A stretch of DNA of 25,052 nucleotides, from assembly GCA_038999215.1 (NCBI GenBank), contig JAWABM010000010.1:1-25052 (forward strand). The letters run 5' to 3'. The position numbers were made by a program, and so were the translations under genes. Every line of letters starts with the position of its first letter. Within the stretch, counting starts at the first letter, position 1. This document shows, in pieces, positions 23,787-25,052 of this stretch. The notes below the pieces were generated by a model. That model was not told where the DNA came from, ran no database searches, and saw only the letters and a program-made list of their open reading frames with translations. The DNA comes from Candidatus Aenigmatarchaeota archaeon. Its GTDB lineage: Archaea; Aenigmatarchaeota; Aenigmatarchaeia; Aenigmatarchaeales; JACQIB01.

Positions 23787-24590
23787 CTAGAGGACGTCGC
23801 GCCAGCCGTCGTCCCTGTCGCTCCTTTCGACCTTTGAGATTATCTCCTTTCTCACGTCCGCCCTGAGCCTGTGGAACGACCTGTGCAGCTTGTCCATTTG
23901 TACGAGCTTCTCGAGCTTCTTTCTGTCGCTTATCGGCGACTGGACCTCGGACTGGAGCAGCAGCATGCTGTGCATGGCCATTTCCATTTCCTTCGCCTTT
24001 TCCGGCCTGTTGGCCTGCGCCCACTCCAGCTCGGAGCAGTAGGACGGGTCGTTGATCTTGTACCTGTCGAGCAGCTCATCGACCGCCTTGTCGATGTTGT
24101 CCGTGCCGTCGCTTGTCAGGTTCCTTATTATTCTTGCGGCCGGCCTGTGCAGCTTCATCACGTATTCCATGAAGCTGTCCTGCTCCTCGAGCTCCATGAG
24201 CTGGGACGCTTTCCTGTAGAACGAGTTGCAGAGCCTGTCGAGCTCCAGCGCGTCGCTTACCAGCTCCTCGTAGTCCACGTCCGTCCTGTCGAACTTGAGC
24301 TTCTTCGACACTATCCTGTTGAGGTCCCTTTTGCAGCTTTCCACTATCTTCTTCTTCCCCTTCTTGGGGTAGTGCAGCATGCTGTCCACGTTCTTCTCGC
24401 CGAGGGATTTGTAGATGCTTTCCACGACTGCCAGGACAAAGCTTCTCGGGTCGTCCCTGTATATGGAGGCCGTGTCTATTTTCTCTCTCCTCTTCCTCGC
24501 GATGTCCGCCAGCTCCTTTTCCCTCTCGTCCTTGCTCTTCGAGAACCTGCCGAGGTACTCGTCTATTATGGTGCTGTACTGTTTTGGCAT
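23787..24590 (-). CDS. Hypothetical helical protein, 267 aa
   Basis: ATG 24590 lies 31 nt from TATA CTTAAATG; host-like codons. Confidence 0.8.
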   Translation of the reverse strand: MPKQYSTIIDEYLGRFSKSKDEREKELADIARKRREKIDTASIYRDDPRSFVLAVVESIYKSLGEKNVDSMLHYPKKGKKKIVESCKRDLNRIVSKKLKFDRTDVDYEELVSDALELDRLCNSFYRKASQLMELEEQDSFMEYVMKLHRPAARIIRNLTSDGTDNIDKAVDELLDRYKINDPSYCSELEWAQANRPEKAKEMEMAMHSMLLLQSEVQSPISDRKKLEKLVQMDKLHRSFHRLRADVRKEIISKVERSDRDDGWRDVL

Positions 24591-24736
24591 GGTTAAAAAT
24601 GTCTGCAAAAAGGCATTTAAGCTTTTCATCCGCGCTCGTCGGGCGCCGATTCGCCCGGCGGTTTTCACTCTGCCTTCCGAATAACGGGGCGTTTTTTATC
24701 TTTTTTCTGCCTGATTTTTAATTGGGGGCATGGTCC

Positions 24737-24934
24737 ATGGATGTCAAAGAAGGCATAGTGCGCACGCTTTCTCCGGGCTTTCCCATGCCGGCGAAGAGGA
24801 TCTTCTGGGTGGTCAGGAGCAGGTCCGGCGCCGGCGTGACATTCAGGCTGGTCAACGCGGAGCTGGAGTCGCTCGTCAGGAAGGGCGTGCTCGTGAAGAG
24901 CGGCGAAGAATACAGCTTGAAGACCTCGGCGTGA
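24737..24934 (+). CDS. Small stand-alone winged-helix DNA-binding protein (65 aa)
   Basis: I..L....PM.AK.I......GVT...V...L..LV.KGVL.K.GEEYSL has a helix-turn-helix plus wing pattern; GGGGG 8 nt before the ATG. Confidence 0.7.
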   Translation: MDVKEGIVRTLSPGFPMPAKRIFWVVRSRSGAGVTFRLVNAELESLVRKGVLVKSGEEYSLKTSA

Positions 24935-25005
24935 AAGCTCCTCTTGCCGCTTATGGATGAGAACAGGTTTGCAGTACTTTTCACCATTTTAACCGAGTGA
25001 CAGTC

Positions 25006-25045
25006 CTTATATATGCCACCTTGTAGTAATTACTAATTAGTGGTG
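25006..25045 (+). promoter_or_regulatory. TATA box plus operator-like element, copy E (target gene beyond the window)
   Basis: CTTATATA-TGCCACCTTGTAGTAA-TTACTAATTAGTGGTG; perfect central palindrome TAGTAATTACTA with outer CCAC/GTGG arms. Confidence 0.7.
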
Positions 25046-25052
25046 TTAACTT

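Noticed and set aside
5721..25045. Repeated motif as CRISPR repeats, transposon ends or ORB origin boxes
   Set aside because: Copies are dispersed, degenerate and tied to TATA boxes; there are no spacers, cas, transposase or cdc6 genes and no ORB G-string.

Overview
Gene-dense, GC-rich archaeal chromosome segment. A DPANN-type lineage is inferred from the divergent core proteins, many ORFans and leaderless promoters; the taxon cannot be fixed without a search. Recognisable genes: dph5, dph6, a divergent TFB, TBP, MCM, an RPA32-like OB-fold protein, RFC large subunit, Hjc, aIF-2beta, two Met-10-family tRNA enzymes (Trm5-like, Taw2-like), AMMECR1, an archaemetzincin-like protease, an S26 signal peptidase and a 1611-aa multidomain surface protein. 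Two features are missing from the ORF track: a 54-aa HypC-like gene lacking the usual metal ligands, and an initiator tRNA-Met with a 40-nt non-canonical D-loop intron. The strongest unexplained signal is non-coding: a 16-bp element (TACTACCTAATAGTAA-like), often paired as a ~32-bp quasi-palindrome, abuts the TATA box at five promoters of accessory genes and at none of the housekeeping promoters inspected. This is a candidate undescribed regulon, with a small winged-helix gene next to one copy. No CRISPR array, rRNA, IS element or integrase was seen. All calls were made by eye, without database searches.
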